Source: an uncultured Gemmatimonadales bacterium (GTDB lineage Bacteria > Gemmatimonadota > Gemmatimonadetes > Gemmatimonadales > GWC2-71-9). Taken from it: a stretch of 64,000 nt of DNA. Below, one piece after another: positions 1-9,796 of this stretch. A model generated the notes under the pieces. That model ran no database searches. It was not told where the DNA came from and saw only the letters and a program-made list of their open reading frames with translations. Each line of letters begins with the position of its first letter. Within the stretch, counting starts at the first letter, position 1. The DNA lies in contig CAWGED010000012.1 in NCBI GenBank assembly GCA_963821525.1, positions 64,001-128,000 of the forward strand. The letters are read 5' to 3'. A program made the translations under genes and the position numbers.

Positions 1-9
1 GGCGCCGCA

Positions 10-2110
10 TCAGAACGGCTGCCCGAAGGTGAAGTGGAACGTGAAATGGCTGGGCCGCTCCTGCTTGAAATCGTCCTGCACCAGCACCAGCGTGCCGTCG
101 GTCCGCTCGAGATAAAGCGGCCCGGTCTGCCGGTCGTAGTGGTTGTACCCCACATCGAGACGGGCGGGCCCCAGCGGTGTCGCGATACGAATGCCGAAGC
201 CCGGCGTGATCCGCAGGGTAAAGGGTGCCAGGTTCCCCTTCCCCCGCTCCCACAAACTTCCGGCGTCCACGAAGGCGGCGAGCCGGACCCGGGACGACCA
301 GATCGGGGAGGGCACCCGCACCTCGAATTGCCCGATGGTCACCGTGTTTCCACCGGTGGCGGAGAATCTGGGCTGGACCAGACCACGGGCCAGCGAGTCC
401 TGCAACCCCAGGGTCAGGCTATCGGCCGGGTACACGTACACCACCGGTCCCAGCTCATTCACGTTGTAGCCCCGGACGTCATTCGGCCCGCCGGCGTAAT
501 AGCGCTCTTCCGGCGGAATGAAATTGCCCGAGGCACTATCAAGCGCCACCGACGGGGCAAACATGATTCCGCCCCGGAGGTGCCAGCTGAACACCACTTG
601 ACCGACCTGTTTGTACCAGGAGGCGTCTCCGGTGAACCGGAGGAATTCCTCGAAGTCATCCGACCCGGTGAGGGGCGAGCTCACCGCACTCTCGATCGAG
701 TACACGTGACCCCGGGTCGGATCCAGCGGATTGTTGGAACGGGGCCAGGCGATGCCAGCGCCAAAGATTCCGAGCACCCGGCGCTCCGCGAGGCGCTGCG
801 CATCCTGCGGGGTGCAGGCGTTGAAGAACGCGCAGAAACTGGCCGCGCTCGCGGTGGTGCGTCCGTAGGAGAGCTTGTACCCCACGGTGATCGGGACCCG
901 GTGATAGTCTTCCCGCAACAGTGTCGCGCTGAGGCCGATCTCCTCCCGCCGGTAGACCTCGAACTCTGACCGGCGCTCGGCGAAGAGGGCGAAGGTTCCG
1001 GCGATGATCGGCGAAACGAAGCGCGGCTGCCGGACCGAGGCGGTGACGTTGTAGTTGAGCTTGGAGGAGCCGATCGTGTCGTCCACCAGGCCGGAACAGA
1101 TCGAATTCTCCAGTCCCCAGTCGGTGGGAGTTCCGACTCCCACCTTGGAGACTCTGCCGCTGATATCGAAGAGACGTCCGGTTCGAAGCAGATTGCGGTC
1201 GGTCCAGCCCACTCCACCGCGAAAGCAGTCTTCCGTGGCATAGCCGATACTGCTGCGGATCCGGTGCCGCAGTCCGTCACGCAGGTCCACCGTCAGGGGA
1301 ACCACGGTGTCGCCGGGCTGCCACTGGCTGGAATCCACCTTCACGGTGGCGAGCCGGAACAATTCGGTCTGGTAGAGCTTCCGCTGACTTTCGAAGAGTC
1401 GCTGCTGGGAGTACCGGGACCCGGGTCGCAGAGTCAGCAGCTGGCGAACGAAGACCGAGTCCACTCGTTCGCTTCCTTGCACCGCGATCGGGCCGATTCG
1501 GGCACGGGGGCCGGTCACTACGCCGACCGAGGCGGTCGCCTTTCGCTCGACGCGGTCCACCGTGTAGTTGCGGAATACTTCCGCCGAAGGGTAGCCCTTG
1601 TTTCGAAGGCGCTGGAGCAGCGTGTCGGAGCTGGCCTGAAACAGGAAGCGGTTGAACGGCTTCCCCTCCTGCAGTGGAAGCTCGTCGGTGATGTCCTTCC
1701 GATTCTCCAACGGAATCGAGACCGGTGATCGTGAACGAGGTCACGACGATCGGAGGGCCTTCCTTGATCAGGAATTTCACCTTCACGTTGGTGGGAGTCC
1801 GTTTGACCACCGTGTCTACCTTAACTTCCATGAAGCCGCTCTGCCGGTAGAACAGGATGATCCGCAGCACGTCACGCCGGAACTCGATCTCGTCGAACTC
1901 ACGCTTCTCGCCCAGCCCGATCCATTTGAAGGGTGGGGTGCGGGCAAACCAGTTCGAATTGGTTGTCCCGATTGCGGCGCTCAAGGAGTAATCGTCGATG
2001 GTCTTGTTCCCCTCGAAGTCCAACCCGCGCACTACCCTGACCGAATCCTGAGCCTGCAAGACAGCGGTACACATCACCAAGCACCCGACGATGCCGAAGA
2101 GGCGCGTCAC
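10..2110 (-). CDS. BamA/TamA-family outer membrane protein (POTRA + Omp85 barrel), split by one frameshift near 1700
   Basis: ORF 1277..2110 gives signal peptide + POTRA (VRGLDFEGN..., FYRQSGF). ORF 10..1710 continues with POTRA and barrel (YYAGGPNDVRGY, TPLGPARLDVG, C-terminal FGQPF). Confidence 0.85.
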
Positions 2111-2155
2111 AAAATCAGACAGATGAGCCTGCCCCGGGACGGGTCCGTACCGTGA

Positions 2156-2184
2156 TTGACGGCATCGTTTAAGTGCTGTAGTTT
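2156..2184 (+). promoter_or_regulatory. sigma70-like promoter
   Basis: TTGACG-N17-TAGTTT in the intergenic region divergent from the BamA-like gene. Confidence 0.5.
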
Positions 2185-2224
2185 GGCGGAGTTAGACCAA
2201 AGAGTCAACGAGGTTTAGTGCACC

Positions 2225-2450
2225 GGGCGGACTGGCGGTGAAGTCGCGTCATGCGCCCCGGTCTGCATTACACATTCCACCTGCGGTCCAACGCGAAGTT
2301 CCAGGACGGGCGGCCTGTCACGGCGGGCCAAGTGCGCGCGAGCTTCCTCCGGGCACTGGATTCCACCCTCACGAGCGGACGGGCCTGGCCGATCTTTCCA
2401 ATACGGGGGGCACGGGCGTACTCCGCGGGGGACACCACTGCGCGCGGGAG
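2225..2450 (+). pseudogene. Fragment of an oligopeptide ABC substrate-binding protein (SBP family 5)
   Basis: Translation GLHYTFHLRSNAKFQDGRPVTAGQVRASFLRAL resembles the OppA/DppA motif (YTFxLRxxxKFxDGxPVTAxDV). There is no N-terminus and no continuation. Confidence 0.6.
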
Positions 2451-2531
2451 TCGAGGCCCCGAACGATTCGACTCTCCTCATCTCTTTCTTTGTCTCGTTT
2501 CGTGCTGGTCAATCTTCTTACCGATTCCTCT

Positions 2532-4118
2532 ATGCGAAAGCTGATCCGTTTGAGTAGGGCGGGAAGGCGGGATGGCGGTATGGCGGTCAGTGCGTTGGCG
2601 GACGCAGGAGTACGATCAGGATTCTGCTCGCGTTCGTCCTCTTTTCCGCCTGACCGCCTTACCGCCTTCCCACCCTGGCAGATCTCCAAGTCGGAAACCA
2701 AACGCATCGATGCCCTCCTCGACACGCCACCATTCAACCGGCACTTCTGGGGCGTTGCCTTGGTGGATGACAAGGGCAAGCTGCTCTACGGGAGGAACGC
2801 CGACCGACTCTTTGTCCCGGCCAGCAATACCAAGCTGGTGGTGAGTGCGGTGGGCTCGGCCCGGCTGGCTCCCGATTGGACGGTCACGACCAGCGTGTAC
2901 GGGAGCGGGTCGATGACCAGCGGCACCCTGGACGGCGACCTCATTCTGTACGGGCGTGGATCGCCGTTCTCGGGGATTCGCTGCTACGCGACTGACAGCA
3001 CCCTCGCCGGGGTCTGCGATAACGATCCGTTCGCTCCGTACCGCGCGTTGGCGGAGTCGCTCAGCGCACGCGGGCTCAAGGTGGTGAGCGGAGATCTGAT
3101 CGGCGACGGAAGCTGGTTCGATGGCGAGCTGATCCACCCGGGCTGGGAGAGCTACGACCTGAGCTGGTGGTACGCGGCGCCGGTCTCGGGGCTGGGCTTC
3201 AACGACAACAGTGTGGACCTCGCCTGGGAACCGGGACGGGCGCAATACGCCCCCGCTTCAATCAGCATGACGCCGGATGTCGGAGACGTCACCCTGGAGA
3301 ACCGGACTCAGACCGGCGCCTCCGGCAGCGAAGACAGCATCGATTTCTTCCGGATCCCCGGCTCGATGACGCTCTGGGCCCAGGGCAACGTCGCGGCCGA
3401 CAGCAAAGGCGGAACGGAATACTTCGCGATGCCCGATCCGAATCTGTTCACCGCGCGGGCCTTTCGCCGCATGCTGAATGAGGCGGGTATCAGCATCCTG
3501 GGGACCACCCGTTCGACGACCGACTCGGTCAAGTATGCGAGTGCGCGAACCGCGCCTCCGCTCGCGGAGCTCAAGTCACGCCCGCTGCGGGACTGGGTCT
3601 TCCCCATCCTGAACACCAGCCAGAACTGGTACGCCGAAATGCTGCTCAAGCAGCTCGGCAAGCAGTTCGGGAAGGCGGGCTCGTGGTCGGAAGGGATCGA
3701 GGTCGAACGCCGCTTTCTCATTGATTCAGTCGGAGCGGACTCGACCCAGTTCAGCCTGAGCGATGGCTCCGGCCTCTCCAGCGTGAACTTCGTCTCTCCA
3801 CTCACGTTTACGAAGCTGCTGCTCTTCATGCGCAGCCACCCGAACTTCCAGACATTCGTCGCCGGCCTGCCGCAGTCCGGCAATACCGGATCGCTCAAGC
3901 GCCGCTTCGTCGCAACGCCGCTCGAAGGGAAGGTCTGGGCCAAGACCGGCAGCATCAGCGGAGTCAACACGCTCTCGGGCTATTTCGAGCTGAACAACGG
4001 CAAGACCTACACCTTCTCCGTGCAGGCGAATCACCACGTGCTGGGCGGGCGGACTATGTTGCCCGAGATTGACAGTGTGGTCGTTGCACTTGCGAAGGCG
4101 GTTTCGAAGAAGAAGTAA
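2532..4118 (+). CDS. dacB: D-alanyl-D-alanine carboxypeptidase/endopeptidase (PBP4, peptidase S13); start uncertain
   Basis: PASNTKL (SxxK), SQN (SxN), AKTGS (KTG) and DGSGLS motifs. Confidence 0.9.
   Translation: MRKLIRLSRAGRRDGGMAVSALADAGVRSGFCSRSSSFPPDRLTAFPPWQISKSETKRIDALLDTPPFNRHFWGVALVDDKGKLLYGRNADRLFVPASNTKLVVSAVGSARLAPDWTVTTSVYGSGSMTSGTLDGDLILYGRGSPFSGIRCYATDSTLAGVCDNDPFAPYRALAESLSARGLKVVSGDLIGDGSWFDGELIHPGWESYDLSWWYAAPVSGLGFNDNSVDLAWEPGRAQYAPASISMTPDVGDVTLENRTQTGASGSEDSIDFFRIPGSMTLWAQGNVAADSKGGTEYFAMPDPNLFTARAFRRMLNEAGISILGTTRSTTDSVKYASARTAPPLAELKSRPLRDWVFPILNTSQNWYAEMLLKQLGKQFGKAGSWSEGIEVERRFLIDSVGADSTQFSLSDGSGLSSVNFVSPLTFTKLLLFMRSHPNFQTFVAGLPQSGNTGSLKRRFVATPLEGKVWAKTGSISGVNTLSGYFELNNGKTYTFSVQANHHVLGGRTMLPEIDSVVVALAKAVSKKK
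2558..2675. repeat. Inverted pair of GGCGG(G/T)A-type heptamer arrays inside the dacB 5' region
   Basis: ggcgggaaggcgggatggcggtatggcggt versus ccgcctgaccgccttaccgccttccc. Confidence 0.65.
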
Positions 4119-4127
4119 GTTTCCGAT

Positions 4128-4239
4128 GCCGTAAGCCATAAGCCATCAGCCGTAAGCCGTCAGCCGTCAGCCGTCAGCCGTTAGCCGTAAGCCGTTAGCC
4201 GTTAGCCGACAAGGATCGTACCGTTTTATGGCTTATGGC
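4128..4239. repeat. Heptamer tandem array GCC(G/A)T(A/C/T)A x11 plus short inverted arm
   Basis: 11 units at 4128-4204, then ttatggcttatggct as the reverse complement. Confidence 0.95.
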
Positions 4240-4257
4240 TCGAACCAGGTGAGCAGC

Positions 4258-4749
4258 ATGCTGCTACTCCTAATACGCCACGGGGACGCGGGCTCGCGCG
4301 ATGCGACGAAGTGGCCCGATGACACCGAGCGGCCTCTGACCAAACAGGGCAGCCGGCAAACGGCGAAGATGGCGAAACGGCTGCGCCGCCGCGGCTACAT
4401 CCCGACTGTCCTGCTCAGCAGTCCGTGGGTTCGAGCGTGGCAGACGGCGGAGGTCGTAGCCCAGGAGTTCGAGGACGAAGGACTCATGCCGGAGGCTTGC
4501 GAGCCGCTGGCAACCATGCCGCGGATCGAGCGGTTCGTCGAGGTCATCGGTACCCCGGGAGATGAGGCCATGATCGCCCTGGTCGGCCACGAGCCGTGGC
4601 TGGGAGAGCTCGCCTCCCGTCTCCTTACCTCCAGTACTTCCCGGCTGCAGATCGATTTTCCAAAAAGCGGAGTCATCGGGATCGAACTCGAGACAGTCGA
4701 GAGCGGGGCGGGAAGGCTGATGTTGTTCTGGAGGCCTAAAGGGGAATAG
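4258..4749 (+). CDS. sixA: Phosphohistidine phosphatase SixA
   Basis: LIRHG, SSPWVRAWQTA and LVGHEP motifs. Confidence 0.85.
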   Translation: MLLLLIRHGDAGSRDATKWPDDTERPLTKQGSRQTAKMAKRLRRRGYIPTVLLSSPWVRAWQTAEVVAQEFEDEGLMPEACEPLATMPRIERFVEVIGTPGDEAMIALVGHEPWLGELASRLLTSSTSRLQIDFPKSGVIGIELETVESGAGRLMLFWRPKGE

Positions 4750-4811
4750 TTCCGAGTTCCCTGAGTACCTAGGAAGATTACCGACTCAACCCAGTTCCGA
4801 GTTCCGACTGC

Positions 4812-4865
4812 GGCTAACAGCTAACAGCTTATGGCTGATGGCTGACGGCTAACGGCTGACGGCTA
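4812..4865. repeat. Heptamer array GCT(G/A)A(C/T)G, inverted relative to 4128-4208
   Basis: gctaacagctaacagcttatggctgatggctgacggctaacggctgacggcta. Confidence 0.9.
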
Positions 4866-4880
4866 TTAACTTCCCCCGCC

Positions 4881-6251
4881 ATGAATTCCCCCAATCCATT
4901 GCGGGTGGCGATCGTCGGCACCGGGCCGTCGGGATTCTACGCCGCGGAACACCTGCTGAAGAAGCACCCAGGAGTCGAAATCGATCTCTTCGATCGGCTT
5001 CCCACTCCCTTCGGACTGGTGCGCGGCGGAGTGGCACCGGATCATCAGAAGATCAAATCGGTCACCCGGGTCTACGAGAAGATCGCATCGCAACCCGGCG
5101 TTCGGTTCCTGGGCAACGTCCTCATCGGGCGGGATCTCACCCGCGAGGAAGTGCTCGATCACTACGATGCCGTCATCTACGCGTTCGGGGCCCACAGCGA
5201 CCGCACCCTTGGCATCCCGGGGGAACATCTGGCCGGGAGCCACGCCGCCACCGAGTTTGTCGGCTGGTACAACGGCCATCCCGACTACCAGGACCACAGC
5301 TTCGACCTTTCGCAGGAAAACGTCGTGGTCATCGGGGTCGGGAACGTCGCCGTGGACGTGACCCGGGTCCTGTCGCGCACCCCCGAGGAGCTAGCCAAGA
5401 CAGACATCGCTCCTTACGCCCTTGAGGTGCTCCAGAACAGCGGGGTGAAGAATGTCTACATGGTCGGCCGCCGCGGACCGGTCCAGGCGGCCTTCACCAA
5501 TCCCGAGCTCAAAGAGCTGGGCGAGATGCCCGGCGCCGACATCGTCGTGCTCCCGAACGAGCTGGTGCTTGATGAAGGGAGCCGGGCTACCCTGGCCCGG
5601 GCCGAAGAGCGCACTGCGGAGAAGAACCTGCATACTCTGGAGGCCTTCGCCTCGAAACCGCAGGAAGGGAAGCCGATGCGGATCCACTTGCGGTTCCTGC
5701 TGTCGCCGCTGGAATTGCACGGCGACGGCAGTGTGGAAGCGGTGAAACTGGCCCGGAATCGCCTGGTCGCGACCGCCAATGGAGACCTTCGCGCGGAACC
5801 CACCGGCGAAACCGAGGTCATCCCCGCCGGACTCGTCTTCCGCTCCGTTGGCTATCTCGGCACCGGCATTCCCGGTGTCGTCTTCGATGCGAAGCGCGGC
5901 ATCATGCCGAACGAAGGAGGCAGAGTCGTGACCGCTCCCGGCACCGCCAGCCAAGGCGAGTACGTCGTGGGATGGATCAAGCGGGGCCCTACCGGGGTGA
6001 TCGGAACCAACAAGCCCGACGCAACAGAGACCACGGATCATCTGCTGGAGGACTTCACCTCAGGCAAGCTGGAGCGGACTCTTTCCCCCCGAGACGAAAT
6101 AGACCGCATGCTCGAGCAGCGCGGCGTGCGGGTGGTGACCTGGGAAGATTGGCGAAAACTGGATCAGATCGAGCGCGAGCGCGGGGCCGCCCTCGGCCGG
6201 CCCCGACTCAAGTTCACTACCGTCGCCGACATGCTGGGGGCCCTCGGATGA
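4881..6251 (+). CDS. Ferredoxin/adrenodoxin-NADP+ reductase (FprA-like)
   Basis: GTGPSG, PFGLVRGGVAPDH, GVGNVAVD, GRRGP and GWIKRGPTGVIGTN. Confidence 0.9.
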   Translation: MNSPNPLRVAIVGTGPSGFYAAEHLLKKHPGVEIDLFDRLPTPFGLVRGGVAPDHQKIKSVTRVYEKIASQPGVRFLGNVLIGRDLTREEVLDHYDAVIYAFGAHSDRTLGIPGEHLAGSHAATEFVGWYNGHPDYQDHSFDLSQENVVVIGVGNVAVDVTRVLSRTPEELAKTDIAPYALEVLQNSGVKNVYMVGRRGPVQAAFTNPELKELGEMPGADIVVLPNELVLDEGSRATLARAEERTAEKNLHTLEAFASKPQEGKPMRIHLRFLLSPLELHGDGSVEAVKLARNRLVATANGDLRAEPTGETEVIPAGLVFRSVGYLGTGIPGVVFDAKRGIMPNEGGRVVTAPGTASQGEYVVGWIKRGPTGVIGTNKPDATETTDHLLEDFTSGKLERTLSPRDEIDRMLEQRGVRVVTWEDWRKLDQIERERGAALGRPRLKFTTVADMLGALG

Positions 6252-7340
6252 AGCCAATCAGACTCGCTCTGCTCGGCGGTGTCCTGCTTCAGGGGTGTAG
6301 CAACTTGGGAAAGTTCGTAGAAGAGGTATTCAAGGAAAGACCACCGGTTCCACTTCAGGCGGCGGAAATCTCCAGCGATGCCCGGCTGGATTCGACCGGC
6401 GCCATCGTGGGAAGCTTCGTAGGCGAGGGCACCAGCCGCCGAGTACATCTTCTCTCCAGCGACACGGGGCTGGTCGCCGCACTGGTCAGGCGCTATCGCC
6501 CGGTCAATCAGCGGGGCTCGACGGTGTGGGAGTGGCTGGACCGAGCAGGGCACCTACGCCATCAACGTGGATCGGCGTCGCGACCCGATCCTCGCCAACC
6601 AGCCGATGGTGACCGGCTCACCCGACGGCCACACCGCGGTAGAGCTGGAGACCATCCTGCTGCACGGCAGCCGGTGCGGCTGGCGTGGGACTCAGGTGGA
6701 GTTCATTGTCGATCCGGTAGGCTCTAATCCATCGCTCCGCGGTCCGGTAGTCGGATCCTTCCGGGATTCGCGAGCGAACTGGCAGGGAGATCAGGGGTAT
6801 CGCAGCCCACCGACCGAGCCGGACGACCGCCTGGTGGACACGCTTCTCGCGGCGACAGCGGCCGCAATGGATTCCGTGCTCCAATCGCGGCTCTCCTCGC
6901 GGGACCTGCCGCTCGTGTCGGTCGCAGGAGCCCGGCTTGAGGTGAATACCCTGGAAGACATCGATGCGGCCGATGTCCTGGCGTTCCAGCTGGAAGACGG
7001 CCGGGTACGCTACGCTGTCTCACTGCGCGAACAACGCCGGACCGGCTCGGGGACCCCGCTCGTGGCGGCGACGGTCATGGTGTGGGACGCCTCCATGGTC
7101 TGGCGCCAATTCGTTTTTGCTCCCACTCTGCTGGAGTTCCGCTACGGCAGGCTTCGGCCCTGGAAGTCCTGGCCTCCTTTCTACTGGCGGCGGCTCGATG
7201 CGATGAGCGGATTCGCCTTTCAGCGCGACTATCTCTGGATGGAGCAGGTGGACGTCGCCGATGACGCGGTACTCTGGACGGTGCTGGAGCCACGGAGCAA
7301 TACGGTCGTCGCGGCAGCGGAGGTCGATGGTCCGTGTTGA
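6248..7340 (+). CDS. Hypothetical lipoprotein, frameshift near 6545
   Basis: MKPIRLALLGGVLLQGC lipobox; joins ORF 5972..6727 to ORF 6567..7340; overlaps both neighbours. Confidence 0.65.
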
Positions 7341-7858
7341 TTGCAACCGATCGCCTCGAGCTGATTCCCTTCACTGCCGAAGCCATCGATCTGCTGCTGG
7401 CGCGGGACCAGAGCCAATTGCGGGAAACCACCGGGCTCGAGTTCCCCGAACCGCTCCGGCCGCCGCCGTTGATGGAAGAGCTGCTCCCCCAGGTGCGAGA
7501 CCGGCTTCGCGCCGAGCCGGCGAGCCTTGGTTGGTGGACCTGGCTCGCGGTGGAGCGGGACTCGCGGCGGGTGACGGGAGCGCTTGGCTTCGGCGGCCCG
7601 CCCGATCCCGAAGGCGCCGTGATGATCGGCTACTCCACGTATCCCGGAGCGGATCGGAAAGGCTACGCCTCGGAGGCCACCCGGGCGCTGGTGGAGTGGG
7701 CGCTGGCTCAGCCCGGTGTCACCACGGTGTGCGCCAGCATCCCGCCCGACAACTGGCCGGCGCGCCGGGTGGCCGAGAAAGTTGGGATGGAGGTATTCGG
7801 AACGGTGTGGGAAGAGGACATCGACGAAGTCCTGCTCTACCGTATCGAGCGCCAATGA
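7334..7858 (+). CDS. GNAT N-acetyltransferase (RimJ/RimL-like)
   Basis: TDRLELIP, IGY...RKGYASEA, NWPARRVAEKVGM. Confidence 0.85.
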   Translation: MLIATDRLELIPFTAEAIDLLLARDQSQLRETTGLEFPEPLRPPPLMEELLPQVRDRLRAEPASLGWWTWLAVERDSRRVTGALGFGGPPDPEGAVMIGYSTYPGADRKGYASEATRALVEWALAQPGVTTVCASIPPDNWPARRVAEKVGMEVFGTVWEEDIDEVLLYRIERQ

Positions 7859-7874
7859 CGAGCCGGGAATCGTG

Positions 7875-8420
7875 ATGAAGATCTACACCAAGACGGGCGA
7901 CGAAGGCGACACCGGTCTCTTTGGCGGAGGACGAGTGCCGAAGGACCATCCCCGGGTCGAGGCGTACGGAGAAGTGGATGAGCTCAACTCCGCGATCGGC
8001 GTCGCGCGGGCTGCGGCTCCGGTTGCCCTGTTCGATGAATTGCTCGAAAGCATCCAGCGAGACCTCTTCGCGATCGGGGGCCAGCTGGCAAGTCCCGATC
8101 CGGAGAAGGTGCGTAAGGCGCTCGAGAAGGCAGGTCTGTCGGAGGAGCGGGTCGCCGTGATGGAGCGAGCCATCGATGAGGCCGATCGCGAGCTGGCTCC
8201 GCTCACGGCGTTCGTCCTTCCTGCCGGCAGTGCCAAGGCGGCGGCGTTGCATCTCGCGCGAACCGTGTGCCGGCGGGCGGAGCGTTCCGTCGTGGGGCTT
8301 TCCCGTGACACCGCGGTGCCCCCAGTCTTCGTAGTCTATCTCAATCGGCTGTCCGACTTGCTTTTCACGCTGGCCCGCCTGGCCAATCACCGCGAAGGGG
8401 TGCAAGAAACGAAGTGGTGA
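7875..8420 (+). CDS. Cob(I)alamin adenosyltransferase, PduO type
   Basis: MKIYTKTGDEGDT, RVEAYGEVDELNS, RTVCRRAER, YLNRLSD. Confidence 0.95.
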   Translation: MKIYTKTGDEGDTGLFGGGRVPKDHPRVEAYGEVDELNSAIGVARAAAPVALFDELLESIQRDLFAIGGQLASPDPEKVRKALEKAGLSEERVAVMERAIDEADRELAPLTAFVLPAGSAKAAALHLARTVCRRAERSVVGLSRDTAVPPVFVVYLNRLSDLLFTLARLANHREGVQETKW

Positions 8421-9508
8421 GGCCTCCTATCCCGGTCGCTCACGCGCTGGGGAATTATCCGGTTCATGTCGATGTCGGAGCGCTGGCGGGTTTACCCGAG
8501 ATGCTGGCCGGTCTCTGGGGGGAACGTCGTTTGGCGATCATCACCGACACCCACGTCGCGGCGTTGTATGACAAGTGGGCTCAGGGGAACACTGTGCGCG
8601 CCGAGGCCACGCTCATCTTCCCTGCCGGTGAAGAATCCAAGACCCGCGAGACCTGGATCCGACTCTCCGACGAGCTGCTCGCCCGGGGCTTCGGCCGCGA
8701 TTCGGCGATCGTAGCGATTGGTGGAGGCGTGGTGGGAGACATGGCGGGATTCGTGGCCGCCACCTACTGCCGCGGCGTTCCGTATGCGCAGGTCCCCACA
8801 ACGCTGCTTGCGATGCTCGATGCCTCGGTCGGCGGAAAGGTTGGGGTCGATACACCGCAGGGGAAAAACCTGATTGGAGCCTTTCACCCACCGGCAATCG
8901 TCGTCTCCGATCCGGCTGCTCTGATGGACCTGCCGGCAGCCGAGTATCGCGCCGGATTTGCCGAGGCGATCAAGCACGGCGTGATCGCGGACGCGGGCTA
9001 TTTCGATTGGATCGAGACCCATGCCTCGGAACTCGCCGCGCGGTCCGAGGAGACCCTGGTGGATCTGATTCGGCGAAGCGTGGAGATCAAGGCGGAGGTG
9101 GTCAGCGCGGACGAACGAGAGTCGGGGCGGCGCGCGATTCTCAACGCGGGTCATACCGTGGCGCATGCGCTGGAGACCGAATCCGGTTTTCAACTGGCTC
9201 ACGGTGAAGCCGTCGCCCTGGGGCTGATCGCGGAGACCCAGATTGCCGAGCGACTGGGAATCGCTCGAACCGGACTCTCACAACAAATCGCCAGCCTCGC
9301 GGGAGCGCTGGGCCTGCCGATCGAGTCGCAGACTCCGCGCGATCTCCAGCGTCTGATGCAAGCGCTGACGCGCGACAAGAAAAATCGCGCCGGAACAATT
9401 CATCTCGCATTGGCCGAAGACGTGGGAAGAATGCACGTCGCGAACGGACAGTGGACCGTGCCGGTGGATAGCACGATGATCATGGAGGTTTTGGTCCAGC
9501 GCAGCTGA
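8414..9508 (+). CDS. aroB: 3-dehydroquinate synthase
   Basis: GEESK, GGGVVGDMAGF, PTTLLAMLDASVGGK, LNAGHTVAHA, HGEAV, DKK. Confidence 0.95.
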   Translation: MVRPPIPVAHALGNYPVHVDVGALAGLPEMLAGLWGERRLAIITDTHVAALYDKWAQGNTVRAEATLIFPAGEESKTRETWIRLSDELLARGFGRDSAIVAIGGGVVGDMAGFVAATYCRGVPYAQVPTTLLAMLDASVGGKVGVDTPQGKNLIGAFHPPAIVVSDPAALMDLPAAEYRAGFAEAIKHGVIADAGYFDWIETHASELAARSEETLVDLIRRSVEIKAEVVSADERESGRRAILNAGHTVAHALETESGFQLAHGEAVALGLIAETQIAERLGIARTGLSQQIASLAGALGLPIESQTPRDLQRLMQALTRDKKNRAGTIHLALAEDVGRMHVANGQWTVPVDSTMIMEVLVQRS

Positions 9509-9520
9509 TTCACACAACGC

Positions 9521-9680
9521 ACCACACGCCTTCCACAGCTCTCCACCTTTCCCCTTCTTGTAACCGACTGTACGACAATCAGTTACCTGCTTGTATTGAA
9601 TCGCGGCAATTGTGGAAAGCTGTGGAAAGGTGGACAAAACTTGGAATCGGCTGGTGCTGAACGATTTGTGATGTGGAAAT
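9521..9680. promoter_or_regulatory. Inverted array of TGTGGAAA-like boxes around a GTAAC-N17-GTTAC palindrome
   Basis: ccttccacagctctccac (9529-9546) versus gtggaaagctgtggaaagg (9612-9630); further tgtggaaat at 9672; AT-richer than flanks. Confidence 0.6.
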
Positions 9681-9690
9681 CTAAAAATGC

Positions 9691-9719
9691 TTGACCGCCT
9701 CTCCGGGGCGTCCTATATT
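9691..9719 (+). promoter_or_regulatory. sigma70 promoter of the sigma-factor gene
   Basis: TTGACC-N17-TATATT, 78 nt upstream of the ATG. Confidence 0.65.
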
Positions 9720-9796
9720 CGCACACCTTTTTTGACGGCCACCGCGGGCCGCCTCCCTTCGAACAAAATTCAGCAGCACTTCCGCTCGGGGAGTCT

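Noticed and set aside
4128..4865. Tandem arrays as CRISPR
   Set aside because: Units are 7 nt with no unique spacers, and there are no cas genes in the window
9511..9690. Firm oriC call
   Set aside because: Boxes are imperfect, there is no clear DUE, and dnaA/dnaN are not adjacent; kept only as a hypothesis
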